64,000 bases of DNA, from contig CAWHEU010000022.1 of NCBI GenBank assembly GCA_963828465.1, positions 192,001 to 256,000 of the forward strand, given 5' to 3'. The notes beneath the pieces were generated by a model. That model had not been told where the DNA came from and made no database searches. It saw only the letters and a program-made list of their open reading frames with translations. Of this stretch, positions 60,512-64,000 are shown one piece after another. This DNA comes from an uncultured Acidobacteriota bacterium (lineage in GTDB: Bacteria > Actinomycetota > Acidimicrobiia > Spongiisociales > ZC4RG35). Each line of letters starts with the position of its first letter. Position 1 is the stretch's first letter. The position numbers and the translations under genes are program-made.

Positions 60512-61192
60512 TCAGGCTGGTCGTAGGAGCAGCTCGTCCTGTTTGTGCCCCTCTCTCCGTGGGAGCACTCTCTCCAAGACCATTCCTGTCGTAGGGATCA
60601 GGCCCTTGAGATAGTCGGTCGAATAGAGCACACAGTGAAGTCGACCCGTCCAGTTGCCGAACCACGATGGGTTTTCGGTTTCATCGGGCACCCCTTCCGC
60701 CATGAAGACGGTGATGAACGCCTTGCCGCCAGGTGCCAGCACCCGCCGGAACTCCTTTAGGTACGTCTTGGTGTCGTCGCTGAGCATGTGGGTGAAAACG
60801 GAGAAAGCCGCGATCAGGTCTACTGAGCCATCCTCGACGGGGAGATAGCGGGTCTCAGCCCCTCCAGGGTTGTATCGGTCATTGGCTGCATCCACGTGGA
60901 CGAACCTGTAATCCGGGAATCGCGACGTGATCTCAGAGGTGGCCCACTGGATGTGACGTTGCTTCACCTCCACGCCTGTGTAAGAGCCAGACCATCCGCG
61001 TGCGATCAGCCCTACGGCTAGACGGCCAGGTCCACAGCCGAAGTCGAGAAAACGCGAATGCGGCCCCAGGCCCAGAGTGGTTAGGTGGTCGAGATCTATT
61101 CGCGCCGATTCGACGAAGTAATCGTCGTCGTATTTGAGAGGGCCTCCTCCTTGGCGCATGTCGACCGGAGGGAGGGGAACGCTGAGCTCCAT
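60512..61192 (-). CDS. Class I SAM-dependent methyltransferase
   Basis: LDFGCGPGR, SVFTHM, RVLAPGG. Confidence 0.9.
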   Translation of the reverse strand: MELSVPLPPVDMRQGGGPLKYDDDYFVESARIDLDHLTTLGLGPHSRFLDFGCGPGRLAVGLIARGWSGSYTGVEVKQRHIQWATSEITSRFPDYRFVHVDAANDRYNPGGAETRYLPVEDGSVDLIAAFSVFTHMLSDDTKTYLKEFRRVLAPGGKAFITVFMAEGVPDETENPSWFGNWTGRLHCVLYSTDYLKGLIPTTGMVLERVLPRREGHKQDELLLRPA

Positions 61193-61241
61193 CGAAGCGG
61201 GAGCATAACGAGAAGGCAAAGGCCACCTGATGCCGCCCTAC

Positions 61242-64000
61242 TCACAGCTGATCGAGCAGTTCCAGCCATTGGCGGGCCCGGTGATCGAGTGTGTGCTCCG
61301 AAAGAACGACCTCGCGGCCTTCGGCGGCCAGCCGACGGCGGAGAACTGGATCGTCGAGAAGGCTACTCAGCTGGCTCTCCAGTTCACGAGCGTTGGAGTA
61401 CGTGGGGATCAGGTCGCCGAAGACCTCGTCGAGCCCGCCAACGTCATCCGACAGCACCACACCACCTGAGGCAAGGACGTCGAAGAGACGGTTGGCCAGG
61501 AAGCCATTGGTGCGCATAGAGCCGTGGTGATCGGCAACGACGACCCCGGCCGAACGATAAGCGGCCGCAAGATCCTGATTTGCTATGTACTCGCCGCGTA
61601 CGAAGGCCGCCTCGGGGAAGGTCTCCCAGAACTTCCCATACAAGTCGAAAGGGCGCCCGTTTCGCATCATCCATCTTGGGGCGAGACGATGGGGCCACCG
61701 AGAGTTTCCTACGTAAAGCACTGAGTCCTCGTAGTCAACATTGCGCGGTCCGATCTTGAAGGTATCGGTGTCCGCCGCCTGGGGGATGAAATACACAGGA
61801 CGACCGAGCTCGGTGCTCAGCTGTTCGGCGTGGACACGGCTGGCCGAGGCGATCAGGTCGTAGTCATCACACTCACCGGTCTGCAACCGATCCGGGTGAC
61901 TGATGACCCAGAGCAGGTTCCACTGACCACGAGCCACCGGTCGTCGTGCGAGGCCACGGAGGTGGATGATGACGTCGCAACTCGTCGCTCGCATACCGTC
62001 CCAGTCGCTGGCGATGATCTCGGTGGCCTCTTGGCCCAACCTGCGAAATGCCCGCATCAGTCCGCGGGCCAGGTGCGTATCACCCCAGAACTGGGCCTTT
62101 TCCCAGTCCGGTGCGCAGGTGGATATCCCGATCCGCATGCTGTCGACCCGGGGCGCGGCGATGGCCAGAAGCAGGCTGAAGAGATGTGGATCGCCGTTGG
62201 TCAGCCCGTCCTCGACCTTCGCGTTCCCCGATCCCCAGATGGCGTCCAACGTTGCCCGGCTCAGTTGGTCGTGCACGAGGATCCGCTTAGCAGCGTCGAG
62301 ATTGCCTGATCTCGCCCATTCACTTTCTTGATCGCACACGAGGGCAAGAGACATGTCGACCCCGGCGAACCAGTGGACATCCTGAGGCGGCGTCACCGCA
62401 ATGGCGACATCACAGGATTGCCTTTCCTCGTCGTTCACGTACCAGCCGATGCGACGAGCCCGCTCCCGCAGCCTTTTTGCGAGGCTGTGTGCCGGCGAAT
62501 TGGGCTCGGATATCAAGCACACGGTCGGTGGTTGGCTGCCGCGGAAGTACCAAGCCGAATCTGGTCCGGTGGCCTCGGTCCTGAGCTTGCGCATCAGCGC
62601 GGGTCCCCACAATCCATTGAACCAGTGGTGGTTGCGGGTTCTGCGCTCCAGCCACTCCTTGGTCATGTACCGGTCCTGGGTTCCAAACTCGTGATGGAAC
62701 AGCACGGCCCGGTCGTCGACCACGATCTTCCCGACATCGGCCAACCGGAGACAGAGATCCCAGTCCTCTGATCCATACCAGTAGGTCTCGTCGAAGGGCG
62801 TCGCAATCAGGTCAGAGCGCCTCGAGAGCAGGCAAGCGGCGGTCACAGCCGGGACCTGATGTCGAGCGGGAACCTCGATCGACAGCGGATCCATCCCTGA
62901 TCCGATATTTACAGCGCGCGCCCCCCACCTCGAGTATTCGAAATAGGTGCCCCGATGCTGGACTGTTAGATCAGGGTGAGCTGGCGGGTGCTTTTGTTTG
63001 GGCCGACTTGGATAGACGAGCATGGCCCCCACCGCCGCGACGTCTTCCTCGAGCGACTCCACCATGTATCCAAGCCAATCTGGATGGATTGGCTCGATAT
63101 CGTTGTTGGCGAGCAGCACCAGTTCACCGGTCGCCGCCCGAATGCCTTGATTGTTTGCAGCCGAAAAGCTCAGGTTCTCTTCGTTGGAGATAAGGCGCTT
63201 CTTTCCCTCCCATCGCTCGAACACCCCGATTGAGCCATCCGACGATCCGTTGTCCACCAGGACGAGTTCTATAGGGCGATAGCGCGTGTGCTTCCTCAAC
63301 CCATTCAGCAGGCGACGCAGATGTGTCTCCCCGTCGCGATTCGTCACCACGATGGAAACCAGCGGTCCCTCCGATGGGGCAGGCTGGGCTCGGAGCTTCG
63401 TCAGCTTTCTGGTGAGCGACGCTTTTTCCACGATCGGACCGTTTGGAAGAGGCCACGGAAGGGTCGAGAAAGGGCCAATGCCATCTTGACGCTTCGCCGG
63501 TTGCTCAGGCGATCAAGGGCTCGTTCTGCCTCATCGGCGCGCTTCCTTTCGGCTTCGAGCGCACGGATCTCCTCGCCTTCGATTGGTCGGGCTGCGCTGT
63601 CCAGATGTTTCTCTTCGAGTCCGAAGTATCCCTCGACGAAAGACAGCCGCTGATCGAAAGCGTGGAGCCTCCCAATGTTGGCGATGAGGTCGGTGACAAC
63701 CGGAATGAGTTCGCTGTCCGTCAGCACACGCTTTCGGAAGATCAGTCCCGACCGACCGGGCGACAGACGTTTGGTCACGACGTGATCCCAGCCGCTCTTG
63801 TCAGCGATTTCCTGGACGCGAGCGGGCCGGGGATGGCTGACAATCGCTGGGGTCACCGTCAACAACCCCTCGCCTTCAGGGTCGGGGGCATCGAGTACTA
63901 GCTCGCTCAGCGGGTGGGTGTTGATGTAGGCCGAACGGAAGAAGTACTCGACGTCTGAGGCGGACCGGCCGGCCAGCAGGCCAGGCACAACCAAGCCCTG
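61242..64000 (-). CDS. Multidomain glycosyltransferase (GT2 + CgeB-like), 5' partial, frameshift near 63430
   Basis: VSIVV, VDNGSSDG, FSAANNQG, NNDI, EDWDLCLR; WGDTHLA, NRLFDVLASG, HTLDHR; upstream part in ORF 63401-63994. Confidence 0.85.

Noticed and set aside
1-64000. tRNA, rRNA, integrase, transposase, prophage or defence genes
   Set aside because: None recognised by eye or in the ORF track; a covariance-model scan could still find something missed.

Overview
High-GC actinobacterial chromosome segment, most consistent with Acidimicrobiia (DosR/DosS pair, F420-type LLM enzymes, Cys-looped SLH repeats); the taxonomy is an inference. About 70 genes were identified; no rRNA, tRNA, CRISPR array, transposase or phage gene was seen. 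Many single-base frameshifts fall in otherwise intact, often essential genes (xseA, xseB, E2, wzt, sensor kinase), which points to long-read indel errors rather than gene decay. Left half: an OmpR-type two-component system with matching 11-bp-period boxes, an ECF sigma/anti-sigma pair, a candidate anti-Shine-Dalgarno sRNA behind a sigma28-like promoter, a DosRS hypoxia locus whose box also faces a cupredoxin-fused two-domain multicopper oxidase, and a split SUF system with two sufC paralogues and a shared 25-bp promoter motif. Middle: LLM/tyrA operon, acyl-CoA dehydrogenase, lpd-E2 and a LipB-LipA fusion. Right third: a cell-surface island with six SLH-anchored proteins, PAPS synthesis (cysDNC), wzm/wzt and glycosyltransferases. 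Best candidate for an undescribed system: a six-gene operon (46882-52989) of mauE-like, a Tat-exported 23-Cys MauA-like domain fused to FG-GAP repeats, mauD-like, a hypothetical and two SLH proteins, with no mauB or mauG in the window.
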